A stretch of DNA of 59,779 nt from Patescibacteria group bacterium (GCA_028705565.1 JAQWDH010000006.1:1-59779), one strand, 5' to 3'. Shown: positions 1 to 9,772, counted from the first letter of the stretch. Program-made: numbers and translations. The notes: generated by a model from the letters alone, not told the origin.

Positions 1-279
1 ATGTGGACATATTTGAAAGAATTGAATAAAAATGAAGGCACGACAATATTTTTTACCACGCATTATATGGAAGAAGCGGAACAAATAGCGCAAAGAATCG
101 CGATTATTGACAATGGAAAAATTATCGCTTCGGGAACGCCACAAGAATTAAAACAGCAAGAATCGGTCAGCACGCTTGAAGAAGCTTTTCTATCGCTTAC
201 CGGAAAAACAATCAGGGATGAATCGGCTAACTCAAAAGATCGCATGCGCGCGATGCATCGCTTGCACAGTAAAAGATAA
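1..279 (+). CDS. ABC transporter ATP-binding protein, C-terminal fragment (5' end lies outside the window)
   Basis: The ORF is open from the window edge. The translation ...TIFFTTHYMEEAEQIAQRIAIIDNGKIIASGTPQELK... is the conserved H-loop/C-terminal part of DrrA/CcmA-type ABC ATPases. An ABC-2 permease gene follows 10 nt downstream. Confidence 0.8.
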   Translation: MWTYLKELNKNEGTTIFFTTHYMEEAEQIAQRIAIIDNGKIIASGTPQELKQQESVSTLEEAFLSLTGKTIRDESANSKDRMRAMHRLHSKR

Positions 280-289
280 ACGCGTTATT

Positions 290-1036
290 ATGAAAAAAAT
301 ATATATTCTTTGGCTTAGGCAAATTAAAAGATATTCGCGTTCAAAATCGCGTATTTTAGGGTCGCTCGCTCAACCGCTTCTTTTTTTGCTGGCGTTGGGT
401 TATGGCTTCGGTTCTGTATATCAGCAAGCCGGGCAAGGAAATTATATAAATTTTTTAGCGCCGGGAGTTATCGGCATGAGTATCATTTTTACCGCTGTTT
501 TTTCAGGTATAGAAATTATTTGGGACAGGCAATTCGGATTTCTCAAAGAAACTTTGGTCGCGCCGATATCGCGTTTGGACATCATGATTGGCAGAACGCT
601 TGGCGGTGCGACAGTTGCCACAATACAGGGAATTATAGTTCTGTCCCTATCTCTTCTTTTTGGATTTCATCCATACAGCTGGCTTGGAATTTTTCCGGCG
701 ATAGTCATTATGTTTTTAATAGCGTTGCTTTTTACTTCGCTTGGAACAATGATAGCGTCGCTTCTTGAAGACATGCAGGGATTTCAATTGATAATGAATT
801 TTCTTATTATGCCGTTGTTTTTTTTGTCAGGCGCCCTGTTTCCGCTTGATGGTTTGCCAAAGACGCTATCAATAGTTATTCGTCTTGACCCGCTTTCGTA
901 TGGAATTGACGCTTTGCGAATACTGCTTATCAATGCCGGTCATTACAGTTTAAGAATGGATATTATCGTGCTCGGCGCGATCACCGCTGTATTTTTGTGG
1001 CTCGGAAGTTATTTTTTTAAAAGAATTCAAATTTAA
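290..1036 (+). CDS. ABC-2 type transporter permease
   Basis: 248-aa polytopic membrane protein (MKKIYILWLRQIKRYSRSKSRILGSLAQPLLFLLALGYGFG..., about six hydrophobic spans) directly after the ABC ATPase. I chose the ATG at 290 because the longer track ORF (176) overlaps the ATPase gene in another frame. Confidence 0.8.
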   Translation: MKKIYILWLRQIKRYSRSKSRILGSLAQPLLFLLALGYGFGSVYQQAGQGNYINFLAPGVIGMSIIFTAVFSGIEIIWDRQFGFLKETLVAPISRLDIMIGRTLGGATVATIQGIIVLSLSLLFGFHPYSWLGIFPAIVIMFLIALLFTSLGTMIASLLEDMQGFQLIMNFLIMPLFFLSGALFPLDGLPKTLSIVIRLDPLSYGIDALRILLINAGHYSLRMDIIVLGAITAVFLWLGSYFFKRIQI

Positions 1037-1065
1037 TAATTTTAATTTTTTTTGTTTGTTGCAGT

Positions 1066-1095
1066 AAAAAATGGCTTAACAAAGCCATTTTTTTT
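1066..1095 (+). terminator. Rho-independent terminator after the ABC-2 transporter genes
   Basis: AAAAAATGGCTT (1066-1077) pairs perfectly with AAGCCATTTTTT (1082-1093) around a 4-nt loop AACA, and the T-run extends to 1095. It lies 30 nt after the permease stop. Confidence 0.6.
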
Positions 1096-1142
1096 AATTA
1101 AAATAAATTAAACTTTTTTGTATGTTTTTTGCGTTTTTTCCT

Positions 1143-1171
1143 TTGACTTTTTCTTTTATTTTAGCTATAAT
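1143..1171 (+). promoter_or_regulatory. Sigma70-type promoter for the glycan mega-locus
   Basis: TTGACT (1143-1148), a 17-nt spacer, then TATAAT (1166-1171). This is a near-perfect consensus 28 nt upstream of the ATG at 1199, in the only sizeable intergenic region at the head of the locus. Confidence 0.55.
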
Positions 1172-1198
1172 TTGTATAAATGTTTATAAATATTTTTT

Positions 1199-3265
1199 AT
1201 GAAAAAAATCGTTGAAGGAACGATTAAAGTTTTGATTTACCTTACTTTTTTCGCGCCTTTGGTAGTATTGCCGTCTTCTTATATCTTTCCTTTTATTGTT
1301 CCGAAAATATTGCTTTTCAGGTCATTATTGGAACTGATGGCAGGAGGATATGTGTTGCTTTTAATCGTAAATTGGCGTGAATACAAGCCGAAATTCACTG
1401 TTTTGAATTTTGTTATGGCGGCTTTTTTGTTTAGTTTCGCCATATCCACATTTGCCGGAGCGGACGCTTATCACAGTTTTTGGGATAATCACGAGCGCAT
1501 GCTCGGACTTTTTACGATTATTCATTACATAATTTATTACTTTATTTGTTCCGCGGTGTTGAAAAATTGGAAAGATTGGAACCTGGCGTTGAAAATTTTT
1601 TTGGTTGCCGGTTCTTTGGTGATGATTTTGGGTTTGGTCCAAATCAAAGACCCATATTTTTTGTTAAACCAGGGAAGCCCAAGAATATCAAGCACATTGG
1701 GCAATCCTATTTATGTCGGCGGTTACGGGCTGTTTTTAATTTTTGTTTCTTTTCTTCTTTTTATAAAAGAAAAATCAAAAGTTTGGCGAGCGGTTGAAGC
1801 GGCGATGTGCGTGTTGGCGTTTTTCGGAATGCTTTATAGCGGGACAAGGGGTTCTTTGCTGGGATTTTTTGCCGGAATAGGATTTTTAACATTCGGATAC
1901 GCTTTGATTTTAAAAAATTATCCAAAAATCAGAAAAATTTTATGGGTGATAATAGCGGCGGTTTTATTATCGCTTGGAACTTTTTATTTTTATCGCCAAA
2001 CGAATTTTGTGCGCGACATACCGACATTGGGACCTCTTTTAAACACTTCAATCGGAGGAACGGTCACTACTCGTTTTATTGCATGGAACATAGCCATGGA
2101 AAGTTGGAAAGAGCGGCCGATTTTTGGCTGGGGGCCGAATAATTTTTTTTACGCTTTCAATAAATATTACAATCCGAAATCATTGGAATTCGGTTACGGA
2201 GAAACATGGTTTGACAACGCTCATAATATTATTCTAAACACCTTAGCTGTTCAGGGCGTTTTCGGTGTGGTGGTCTATTTGTTTATTTTTATCGCCGCTA
2301 TAACAGTGTTGTGGCAGAATAAAGAATTAAAACAAAAAAATATTCATATCGTTGTCGCGGGGTCGGCGTTTTTAGTCGCTCATTTGATACAAAATATAAC
2401 AGTTTTTGAAAATCCGACGTCGTATCTTTATTTTATGTTTTGGCTGGCGATGATAAATCGTTTTTCTTTTTTTGAATTAAAGCCGTCCGAAGAAACAGAG
2501 GCGAATAAAAATAAATTACAGAAAGAAGAATCAATAAATAGCGATAAAAATATCGGAGCCGGAGTTTTGTTGTTCGTTTGCGTTTCCGCCGTCTTTTTTA
2601 TTTTTATTTTTAATATCCAACCCGCGCGGGCGAATCAAAAGACATTTCAAACGTTAAATTTATTAGGCACGAATTTAAACATGGGTTTGACCGCCGCAAA
2701 CGACGTTTTGGCTTTCAGCTCGCCTCATATTGATGACATAAGAATTGACATAGCTAGGTCGGCTTTGCAAATTCTTAACGCTTATCAAAATCAAATTAGC
2801 CGCGCGCAAGCTGAAGAAATTTTTAAAATCGTGTATTATCCGATGAAAGAAAATATCACCCTGCACCCGTTGGATATCAGAAACAATCTTGTTTTGGCGC
2901 AATTATTGCAAATAGAAGCGATGGTTAAGAATGATGCAAAACTTATGGTGGAAGCGCGAGACCTTTTGATGGAAGCATTGCGTTTTTCTCCGAAACGGCA
3001 ACAGCTTTTATACACAATTTCATCCATTGAATACCAATTGGGGCGATGGGAAGAGTCGGTGGCTTATTTGGAAAGCGCTATCAATGATAATCCAAATATA
3101 AGCGAGAGTTATTGGCGTTTGGCTTACGCGTATCAATTGATGGATAAAATGGATAAGGCGATGGAGGTTGTGAATTTAGCGAAAGAAAGGAATGTTATTT
3201 TTGAAGAAAAGGGTCAGGCGATAATTGATGATATCGTTGCCAAATCGCAAAAAATGAAAAAATAG
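1199..3265 (+). CDS. O-antigen ligase/polymerase (Wzy_C) family polytopic membrane protein with C-terminal TPR-like repeats
   Basis: The N-terminal ~430 aa have at least 10 hydrophobic spans plus the family-typical loop ...MLYSGTRGSLLGFFAGIGF... and ...WFDNAHNIILNTLAVQGVFG.... The C-terminal ~200 aa are soluble helical repeats (...LGRWEESVAYLESAINDNPNISESYWRLAYAYQLMDKMDKAMEVV...). Confidence 0.75.
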   Translation: MKKIVEGTIKVLIYLTFFAPLVVLPSSYIFPFIVPKILLFRSLLELMAGGYVLLLIVNWREYKPKFTVLNFVMAAFLFSFAISTFAGADAYHSFWDNHERMLGLFTIIHYIIYYFICSAVLKNWKDWNLALKIFLVAGSLVMILGLVQIKDPYFLLNQGSPRISSTLGNPIYVGGYGLFLIFVSFLLFIKEKSKVWRAVEAAMCVLAFFGMLYSGTRGSLLGFFAGIGFLTFGYALILKNYPKIRKILWVIIAAVLLSLGTFYFYRQTNFVRDIPTLGPLLNTSIGGTVTTRFIAWNIAMESWKERPIFGWGPNNFFYAFNKYYNPKSLEFGYGETWFDNAHNIILNTLAVQGVFGVVVYLFIFIAAITVLWQNKELKQKNIHIVVAGSAFLVAHLIQNITVFENPTSYLYFMFWLAMINRFSFFELKPSEETEANKNKLQKEESINSDKNIGAGVLLFVCVSAVFFIFIFNIQPARANQKTFQTLNLLGTNLNMGLTAANDVLAFSSPHIDDIRIDIARSALQILNAYQNQISRAQAEEIFKIVYYPMKENITLHPLDIRNNLVLAQLLQIEAMVKNDAKLMVEARDLLMEALRFSPKRQQLLYTISSIEYQLGRWEESVAYLESAINDNPNISESYWRLAYAYQLMDKMDKAMEVVNLAKERNVIFEEKGQAIIDDIVAKSQKMKK

Positions 3266-3280
3266 CGAGATAAAAAATTT

Positions 3281-4321
3281 ATGGCGGAAGGAAATAAAAA
3301 TTTAATAATAATCACGCACGGCAACATCGGAGGAGCCCAGAAGTCGGTGTTTTATTTGGCAAAAAAATTAAAGCTGGAAAACAGTGAAGTCACGGTCGGA
3401 TTCGGAGGAGGAGAGTGGCTGCGAAATAAATTGGAAGAAAGCAAGATTTCTTTTCATCTTTTTGCTCGGCTCGCGCGCGGCGCGAATCCATTTAAAAACT
3501 TTTTTTTTATTTTTGAAATAAAAAAGTTTTTGGATGATAATTTTTTCAGCAATGTCTATATTAACAGCAGTAACGCTTTGGCCGGCGCTTTAGGCGCGAA
3601 GCTATCAGAGTCCAAACCGCGCGTAGCGTTCATTTTTCACGGGCTTTCAGTTTTAGACCCGAATTACAAAGCGAATTTAATAATAAAAATTATTTATTGG
3701 TTTTATTTTAAGTTTTTTTTATTATTTGTTGATGAGCCGGTTTTTGTGTGCCAAAGCAATTTGGAAATCGCGCGTAAATTATTTTTGGTGAAAAAAGCCG
3801 TTGTTTTACGCAACGAAATATCGCCAGAAGATATTCGATTTTTTACAAAAGAAGACTCTAAAAAAATTATCCGCGATAAAATTCACGAAAATTTGGAAAA
3901 TAAATTTTTAATCGGGTCAATCGGCAGATTGGACTACGCCAAGAATTACGAATTTTTGATAAATATTTTTTCTGAAATTTTAAAATTTAAAAATAACGCG
4001 GTCGGTTTGATAATCGGAGAGGGAAAAGAAAGAAAAAAATACGAAGAATTGATAGCAAAAAACGGGTTGAAAGAAAAGTTTTTTTTGGTTGGTGAAATCA
4101 AAGACGCGGAAAATTTATTAAAGGCGTTTGATATTTTTGTATTGCCTTCCAGATATGAAGGATTGTCGTTCACTTTGCTTGAAGCCAAAGCCGCGGGAAT
4201 TCCGATTATAGCGAGTGATGTCGGATGCAATAAAGAAGCGATTGGCGAAGCGGGGATTGTTTATCGTTTTGACGATAAAGATGAATTTTTAAACGCAATA
4301 AAAAAATCATTCCATAATTAA
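3281..4321 (+). CDS. Glycosyltransferase family 4 (GT-B, Glycos_transf_1)
   Basis: C-terminal EX7E-type motif ...FVLPSRYEGLSFTLLEAKAAGIPIIASDVGCNKEAIG.... Size is 346 aa. Confidence 0.8.
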   Translation: MAEGNKNLIIITHGNIGGAQKSVFYLAKKLKLENSEVTVGFGGGEWLRNKLEESKISFHLFARLARGANPFKNFFFIFEIKKFLDDNFFSNVYINSSNALAGALGAKLSESKPRVAFIFHGLSVLDPNYKANLIIKIIYWFYFKFFLLFVDEPVFVCQSNLEIARKLFLVKKAVVLRNEISPEDIRFFTKEDSKKIIRDKIHENLENKFLIGSIGRLDYAKNYEFLINIFSEILKFKNNAVGLIIGEGKERKKYEELIAKNGLKEKFFLVGEIKDAENLLKAFDIFVLPSRYEGLSFTLLEAKAAGIPIIASDVGCNKEAIGEAGIVYRFDDKDEFLNAIKKSFHN

Positions 4322-4375
4322 TTTCGTCAAAATATATAAAAATATTTTACAACGCCAACCAAATAAATAATTTTT

Positions 4376-5953
4376 ATGAATGATAAAAAACAAAAAACTA
4401 TTTTAGTAACAGGGGGGGCGGGGTTTATCGGCTCGCATCTTTGCGACCGCCTTATCGGAATGGGGAATAAAGTTATTTGTGTTGACAGTTTTTTTAGCGG
4501 CAGAAAAGAGAATATTAAGCATCTTTTGGATAATAAAAATTTTACTTTTATAAAACACGATATTCGCCGACCTTTGCGTTTAAATGGAGAAAAAATAGAA
4601 AGAATTTACAATTTGGCGTGTCCTGCGTCTCCGGTACAATATCAGTTTGACCCGATGTTGACTTTGGAAACAAATATTTTGGGTGTAGGTAATATGCTTC
4701 AATTGGCTCGCCGTCTTGGAGCCAGGTTTTTGCAAACATCCACGTCAGAAGTTTACGGCGATCCGCTGGAACATCCGCAAAAAGAAATTTATTATGGCAA
4801 TGTTAATACTCTTGGAGAAAGAGCGTGCTATGATGAAGGAAAAAGAGCGGCCGAAACTCTCTGTAAAGATTATTATATTGAGCATGGCGTGAACGCGAGA
4901 ATAGTCCGTATTTTCAACACTTACGGTCCGCGCATGATGTTTAACGACGGGCGCGTTTTGTCAAATTTTATTTTGCAAGCTTTATTGAATGAAGACATAA
5001 CTGTTCATGGAGACGGAGAGCAAACGAGAAGTTTTATGTATGTTGACGACTTAACTAGAGCGCTTGTGTCAGTGATGGAAAAAGACGGATTGGATTATAA
5101 TCCGATAAATCTCGGCAATCCTGATGAAAGGACGATAAAAAATATGGCCGAGTTGGTAAAAACAAAAACAAATTCGCAAAGCAGGTTGATTTATTTGCCT
5201 TTTGAGAGTTTACACGGTAGAATTGGCGATCCGCAGCGCAGGTGTCCGGATATTACTCGCGCCAAAGTGCTTTTAGAATGGGAGCCGGCTATAAATTTGG
5301 AAGATGGACTTAAAAAAACGATTGAAGATTTTAGAAATCGTTTGAAAAACTTACCGCGTGTTTTGGTTTTCAGCACGTCGTATTTGCCGATATGCGGTCC
5401 TGCGGAAGAAGCGGTAAAAAATATTATTGACAGGGCGCAAGGTTGGGAGTTTGATATTATTACCGCTAAATTTGATTCCAAGCTCGCTTCAAAAAGTCAT
5501 AACGGAAGAGAACATATATACCGTCTCGGATTTGGCAATAGATGGGACAAGTTTCTTTTGCCGGTCAGAGCGGCTTTTTTTGCCAGAAAACTGAGTAAAA
5601 AATATGATTACCAGTCGGCTTGGGCGATAATGGCGAGCTATGGCGCGTTCGCGGCCGTAATATTTTCTTGGCTCACAAGGAGCAGAACGCCGTTTCTTTT
5701 GAGCGTTTATGAAGGCGATATTACGGAAAAAATGACGAAAAGAGGAATGTGGTTATTTTGGATTTACAAAATTATTTTTCGCAAAGCTTGCAGGTGGCAG
5801 GTGGTCGGCAAAATAAATGAACAACAAAAGGCGTGGCTGGAGGAAGAAAAAAAAGCGCAGACGGTAAAATTTGACGGAGAATGGGATTTGTTGGCGAAAA
5901 GGACAAAGGAAATGTTTCAAGAGCTTGAGATTTTATCAACTAGATCACAATAA
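4376..5953 (+). CDS. UDP-glucuronate decarboxylase (UXS-type SDR) fused to a stand-alone GT4 N-terminal half-domain
   Basis: Residues 1-~322 match UXS nearly motif for motif (ILVTGGAGFIGSHLCDRL, TSTSEVYGDPLEHPQ, ACYDEGKRAAE, RIFNTYGPRM..NDGRVLSNFI, GDGEQTRSF.YVDD). Residues ~329-510 (VLVFSTSYLPICGPAEEAVK...AWAIMASYGAFAAV...YEGD) are colinear with the N-terminal half of the next GT4, but the Glycos_transf_1 catalytic half is absent. Confidence 0.85.
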   Translation: MNDKKQKTILVTGGAGFIGSHLCDRLIGMGNKVICVDSFFSGRKENIKHLLDNKNFTFIKHDIRRPLRLNGEKIERIYNLACPASPVQYQFDPMLTLETNILGVGNMLQLARRLGARFLQTSTSEVYGDPLEHPQKEIYYGNVNTLGERACYDEGKRAAETLCKDYYIEHGVNARIVRIFNTYGPRMMFNDGRVLSNFILQALLNEDITVHGDGEQTRSFMYVDDLTRALVSVMEKDGLDYNPINLGNPDERTIKNMAELVKTKTNSQSRLIYLPFESLHGRIGDPQRRCPDITRAKVLLEWEPAINLEDGLKKTIEDFRNRLKNLPRVLVFSTSYLPICGPAEEAVKNIIDRAQGWEFDIITAKFDSKLASKSHNGREHIYRLGFGNRWDKFLLPVRAAFFARKLSKKYDYQSAWAIMASYGAFAAVIFSWLTRSRTPFLLSVYEGDITEKMTKRGMWLFWIYKIIFRKACRWQVVGKINEQQKAWLEEEKKAQTVKFDGEWDLLAKRTKEMFQELEILSTRSQ

Positions 5954-5974
5954 AATCTATAGAGAATTTTATAT

Positions 5975-7117
5975 ATGCTCAAAAATATTTTAATATTTTC
6001 AACAGCGTACCTACCTTTTGTTGGTGGCGCGGAATTAGCGGTTAAGGAAATTACTGATAGAATTCAGGACCATGAATTTGACATGGTAACAGCTAAAATG
6101 GACGCGAAGTTACTAAATGTTGAAAAAATCGGGAATATTACTGTCCACAGAATTGGCATAGGGCATCCTTTTTTTGATAAAATTTTTTTGGTTTTGTTTG
6201 GGCATTATTTTGGTTTAAAACTGCATAAAATAAAAAAATATGACGCTGTTTGGGCGATAATGGCGAGCTATGGCGGTTTCGCGGCTTTGAGTTTTAAGTT
6301 AAAAACCGGCGTTAAATTTTTATTGACTTTACAGGAAGGCGACCCAATAGAATATATTTTGAAAAAAGTTCGTTTCGTTCGGCGCAGATTTTATTTGATT
6401 TTTAAAAAAGCGGACGGTTTGCAACCAATAAGCAATTTTTTAATGAATTGGGGGAAAAAAATGGGGTTTGTCGGCAACGTGTCCGAGGTGATACCAAACG
6501 GAGTGGATGTCGCTCGTTTTACAAAAGATTATCCGCGAGAAGAAATGAACGAGATAAGAAAAAGTTTCGGTTTCGCGGAAAATTCCGTGATTTTGATTAC
6601 AGCTTCGCGTTTGGTGATAAAAAACGGTATTGAAGATGTGATAAAGGCGTTGCCATTATTGCCGGATAATGTTTGTTTCGCTATTTGCGGAGTAGGAGAG
6701 TTGAAAGGAAAACTTGAAAACGCGGTAAAGGAATTGAATTTGGAAAAAAGAGTGAAATTTTTAGGAAATAAATCGCATGAAGAATTGCCGAAAATTTTGA
6801 AAGCCTGCGATATTTTTATTCGCCCGTCTCTTTCCGAAGGACTCGGAAATGCGTTTTTGGAAGCAATGGCCGCCGGGTTGCCGACCATAGGGACATTGGT
6901 TGGCGGTATTCCGGATTTTTTGCGCGACGGGGAAACCGGATTTGTTTGCGAATTGAACAATCCAAAAAGCGTCGCGGAAGCTGTTAAAAAAGCAATGAAT
7001 TTATCGCCTGAAAATAAGTCTGCTGTTTGCAATAACGCGATGAATATGATTAACGAAAAATATAATTGGGATAAAATAGCGGTTAAGATGAGAAATTTAT
7101 TTGAACGGCTTGTTTAA
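5975..7117 (+). CDS. Glycosyltransferase family 4
   Basis: N-terminus ILIFSTAYLPFVGGAELAVKEI... and C-terminus ...FIRPSLSEGLGNAFLEAMAAGLPTIGTLVGGIPDFLRDGETGF... (EX7E region). Confidence 0.85.
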   Translation: MLKNILIFSTAYLPFVGGAELAVKEITDRIQDHEFDMVTAKMDAKLLNVEKIGNITVHRIGIGHPFFDKIFLVLFGHYFGLKLHKIKKYDAVWAIMASYGGFAALSFKLKTGVKFLLTLQEGDPIEYILKKVRFVRRRFYLIFKKADGLQPISNFLMNWGKKMGFVGNVSEVIPNGVDVARFTKDYPREEMNEIRKSFGFAENSVILITASRLVIKNGIEDVIKALPLLPDNVCFAICGVGELKGKLENAVKELNLEKRVKFLGNKSHEELPKILKACDIFIRPSLSEGLGNAFLEAMAAGLPTIGTLVGGIPDFLRDGETGFVCELNNPKSVAEAVKKAMNLSPENKSAVCNNAMNMINEKYNWDKIAVKMRNLFERLV

Positions 7118-7164
7118 AAACGATTCTTTTGAAGTCAAAATAATTTTGGTTCAGTATTAAGTTT

Positions 7165-8334
7165 ATGAATTCGCTTAGAATTTTAATCACAACAGGTATT
7201 TTTCCGCCAAGCATTGGCGGGCCGGCGAGAATCGTGGAACAGTTGTCGTCTGATTTGTCTTTGAAAAATATAAAAGTAAGCGTGCTTGCTTTTGGAGAAG
7301 AAGACGGCAAGATTCGCAGTTACAATGTTTTTAAATGCGAAAGCAAAATAAATTTCGCTTTATCGGTTTGGCGGCTTGGTAAAGAAGCCGATGTAATTTA
7401 CACGTTTGATTTATACACAGCCGGATTTTTTTCGTGGCTTATCGGAAAAGTTATTTTGCGAAAAAAATTAATTGTGCGTTTCGCTGGCGACAGCGCATGG
7501 GAATCGGCGTATAATCAAGGATTGACAAAAGATGATATTTTGACTTTTCAAGAAAAATTTTACGGAATAAAAATTTGGATGATGAAAAAAGCCAGAAGTT
7601 TGATTTTGAAAGGCGCTGATAGCGTGGTGTCGGTTAGTTATTTTATGAAAAATTTGGCGGAAAAAATCGGAGTTGAAAAAGAAAAAATTGAAGTGATATA
7701 TAATTCCGTGGATTTTATTGATTTTAAAAATTTAAATTGTGAAACCGAAATATTGCAAGATAAATTTGGTTTAAGAAATTTAAAAATAATAGTTACAGCA
7801 GGGCGTTTTGTGCCATGGAAAGGCATTGATGGTTTGATTAAAGCGATTGATTTATTAAAATCAGAGCGACAATTTTCGTTCAAACTTTTAATAATAGGGG
7901 ATGGACCTGATTTTGGAAATTTAAAAGCGTTGGTTGACGAGAAAGGATTAAACGACGAAATTTTATTTACAGGCAAAATTCCACAAGACAAGATGTTCGC
8001 TTATTTGAATTTAGCCGATGTGTTTGTTTTAAATTCAAAATACGAAGGGCTGTCGCATGTTTTATTGGAAGCGTTGCGTGCGGGAAAGCCAATTGTCGCG
8101 AGCGATTGCGGAGGAAATTCGGAAGTGGTTGAAAACGAAAAAAACGGTTTATTGGTTGAATATAACAATATAAAACAATTATCCGAAGCCGTCAAAATAA
8201 TATTGACGGAAGAAAAGTGGCGCGCGTCCGAGTTTAAAAAAATTTGCGTTGAAAGTTTAAAAAAGTTTAGCTGGCAAAACGTGGTTGAACGAACAGTTAA
8301 TGTTTTTGATAAAATTAAACAAAAGCATGAATAA
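7165..8334 (+). CDS. Glycosyltransferase family 4
   Basis: RILITTGIFPPSIGGPA... at the N-terminus and ...FVLNSKYEGLSHVLLEALRAGKPIVASDCGGNSEVVENEKNGLL... at the C-terminus. Confidence 0.85.
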   Translation: MNSLRILITTGIFPPSIGGPARIVEQLSSDLSLKNIKVSVLAFGEEDGKIRSYNVFKCESKINFALSVWRLGKEADVIYTFDLYTAGFFSWLIGKVILRKKLIVRFAGDSAWESAYNQGLTKDDILTFQEKFYGIKIWMMKKARSLILKGADSVVSVSYFMKNLAEKIGVEKEKIEVIYNSVDFIDFKNLNCETEILQDKFGLRNLKIIVTAGRFVPWKGIDGLIKAIDLLKSERQFSFKLLIIGDGPDFGNLKALVDEKGLNDEILFTGKIPQDKMFAYLNLADVFVLNSKYEGLSHVLLEALRAGKPIVASDCGGNSEVVENEKNGLLVEYNNIKQLSEAVKIILTEEKWRASEFKKICVESLKKFSWQNVVERTVNVFDKIKQKHE

Positions 8335-9772
8335 AATTTTACTGATCAATCCTCCGTTTAATATCGCGAAAGAAAATTACGACAGCTCAGTTTCCGTGGG
8401 TCTGCTTAGCATTGCCACATATTTGGATAGTAAAGGTTTTTTTGTGGAAATTGTTGACGGCGCGCGGCAAAAAAATTACGAAGAATTGATAAAACAAAAC
8501 GCGATTAATTGCGATTGGGCCGGTATTTCGGTGATGACAATGCAAGTTCCGAACGCGTTGAAAATCAGCCGTCTTATCAAAGAAATGAATCCTAAATGTA
8601 AAATTGTTTGGGGTGGAACGCACCCGACTTTTTTTGCGCGTCAAACATTGTTTCACTCACTTGTTGATATTGTTTGTTTGGGAGAAGGCGAAATAACTTT
8701 TTATGAACTTGTCGCGAACAAAATTTTATCGGAAATAAAAGGCATAGCTTATAAAAAAAACAATGAGATTTTTATCAATCCTCCGCGTGAACTCCACGAC
8801 CCTTCGCAAATGCCGCTTTTTAATTGGGATTTGGTTTCAAAAGAAATTTTAGAAAAACTTTATCTGATACCGTCGCTCACTTCTCGCGGCTGTCCGCATC
8901 AATGCGCTTTTTGCATTAACGCGATTTTAAAAAATAATTGGAGGGCTAGGACAGCGGAACAAGTTTTGCGCGATTTGGAAATTATAAAACAAAAAAAATA
9001 TTTTTCGGATAAAAAACTAAGATTTTGGGATGAAAATTTTTTTGTGGACATCGTCAGAGCCAAAGCCATTGTTAAAGGAATGATTGATAAAAATTTAAAT
9101 ATCCCGTGGGAAACCACTGTTAGAGCCGATTATATGCGAAATGGAATGATAGACGATGAATTCATGTCTAAATTAAAACAGTCAGGTTGTTATCTTTTGT
9201 CGTTTGGGGCCGAATCCGGCAGTTCACGCGTTTTAAAGAAGATAAACAAAGGCGTAGCCCCGAACCAAATTGTTGATTCGGCCAAGCTTTGTTTAAAATA
9301 CGGCATTGTGCCGCAATATTCTTTTATGATAGGTTTGCCCGGTGAAACAAGAGAAGATATGAACGCTACTTTAAAATTAATAGACATATTGGTCAAACTG
9401 AGCGATAAGGTTCAAATTTTGGGTCCGCAGGCGTTTCGTCCTTATCCGGGTTCGGATTTGTATGAAGAATGTCTTGCGTCCGGTTGGCGCGCTCCGCAAT
9501 CTTTGGAAGAGTGGTCTCGTTTGGCGGAAAATCAATTGAGTTATTTATCAGTGAAAAATTTTCCTTGGGTAAAAGACAAAGATTTTGTGGAATCTATGGA
9601 AGCCTATACGCGATTTGGAGCTCATAGCATAAAAAGCGCGATGGGTTCCAGTGTTAAAGCGCAAAAATGGTTGAAGCTGATTTTTGTTTTGATTTGCCAA
9701 TTGCGCTGGAAAATGAAATTTTTCGCGTGGCCGATTGAGTATAAAATCGCGAAAAAATTTGTAATAAAATGA
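8327..9772 (+). CDS. B12-binding-domain radical SAM protein (paralog A)
   Basis: The N-terminal Rossmann-like part is typical of COG1032/class B rSAM (MNKILLINPPF..., VWGGTHPTFF, CLGEGEITFYEL). Cluster motif is SRGCPHQCAFC (CX3CX2C), followed later by GLPGET. The ATG at 8327 overlaps the upstream stop (ATGAATAA); the track start at 8285 is a TTG inside the previous gene. Confidence 0.85.
   Translation: MNKILLINPPFNIAKENYDSSVSVGLLSIATYLDSKGFFVEIVDGARQKNYEELIKQNAINCDWAGISVMTMQVPNALKISRLIKEMNPKCKIVWGGTHPTFFARQTLFHSLVDIVCLGEGEITFYELVANKILSEIKGIAYKKNNEIFINPPRELHDPSQMPLFNWDLVSKEILEKLYLIPSLTSRGCPHQCAFCINAILKNNWRARTAEQVLRDLEIIKQKKYFSDKKLRFWDENFFVDIVRAKAIVKGMIDKNLNIPWETTVRADYMRNGMIDDEFMSKLKQSGCYLLSFGAESGSSRVLKKINKGVAPNQIVDSAKLCLKYGIVPQYSFMIGLPGETREDMNATLKLIDILVKLSDKVQILGPQAFRPYPGSDLYEECLASGWRAPQSLEEWSRLAENQLSYLSVKNFPWVKDKDFVESMEAYTRFGAHSIKSAMGSSVKAQKWLKLIFVLICQLRWKMKFFAWPIEYKIAKKFVIK

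Noticed and set aside
520-768. Alternative-frame + strand ORFs nested in real genes. Others lie at 1546-1797, 1942-2142, 6448-6633, 30339-30542, 58149-58400 and 59170-59469.
   Set aside because: They overlap well-supported CDSs in another frame, have odd composition (rich in R, G, C, W) and carry no motifs.
1-1036. The ABC-2 transporter pair as the Wzm/Wzt-type exporter of the glycan locus.
   Set aside because: It is separated from the locus by a terminator and a strong promoter. The visible ATPase fragment shows no extended C-terminal carbohydrate-binding domain. A link cannot be excluded, but nothing here supports it.
6529-7032. A 167-aa minus-strand ORF. Other long antisense ORFs lie at 9548-9985, 17380-17955, 35505-35999, 47119-47577 and 50156-50743.
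   Set aside because: Each lies fully antisense to a + strand gene with strong family motifs. Their translations are low-complexity (rich in S, F, I, K) with no recognisable domain. These are typical shadow ORFs in AT-rich DNA.
8285-8326. Upstream-extended starts given in the ORF track (176, 8285, 21922, 29887, 36386, 43464, 58590).
   Set aside because: Except for 176, direct reading shows these begin at TTG codons inside the preceding gene. In every case a downstream ATG sits at or just after the upstream stop and gives an N-terminus typical of the family.
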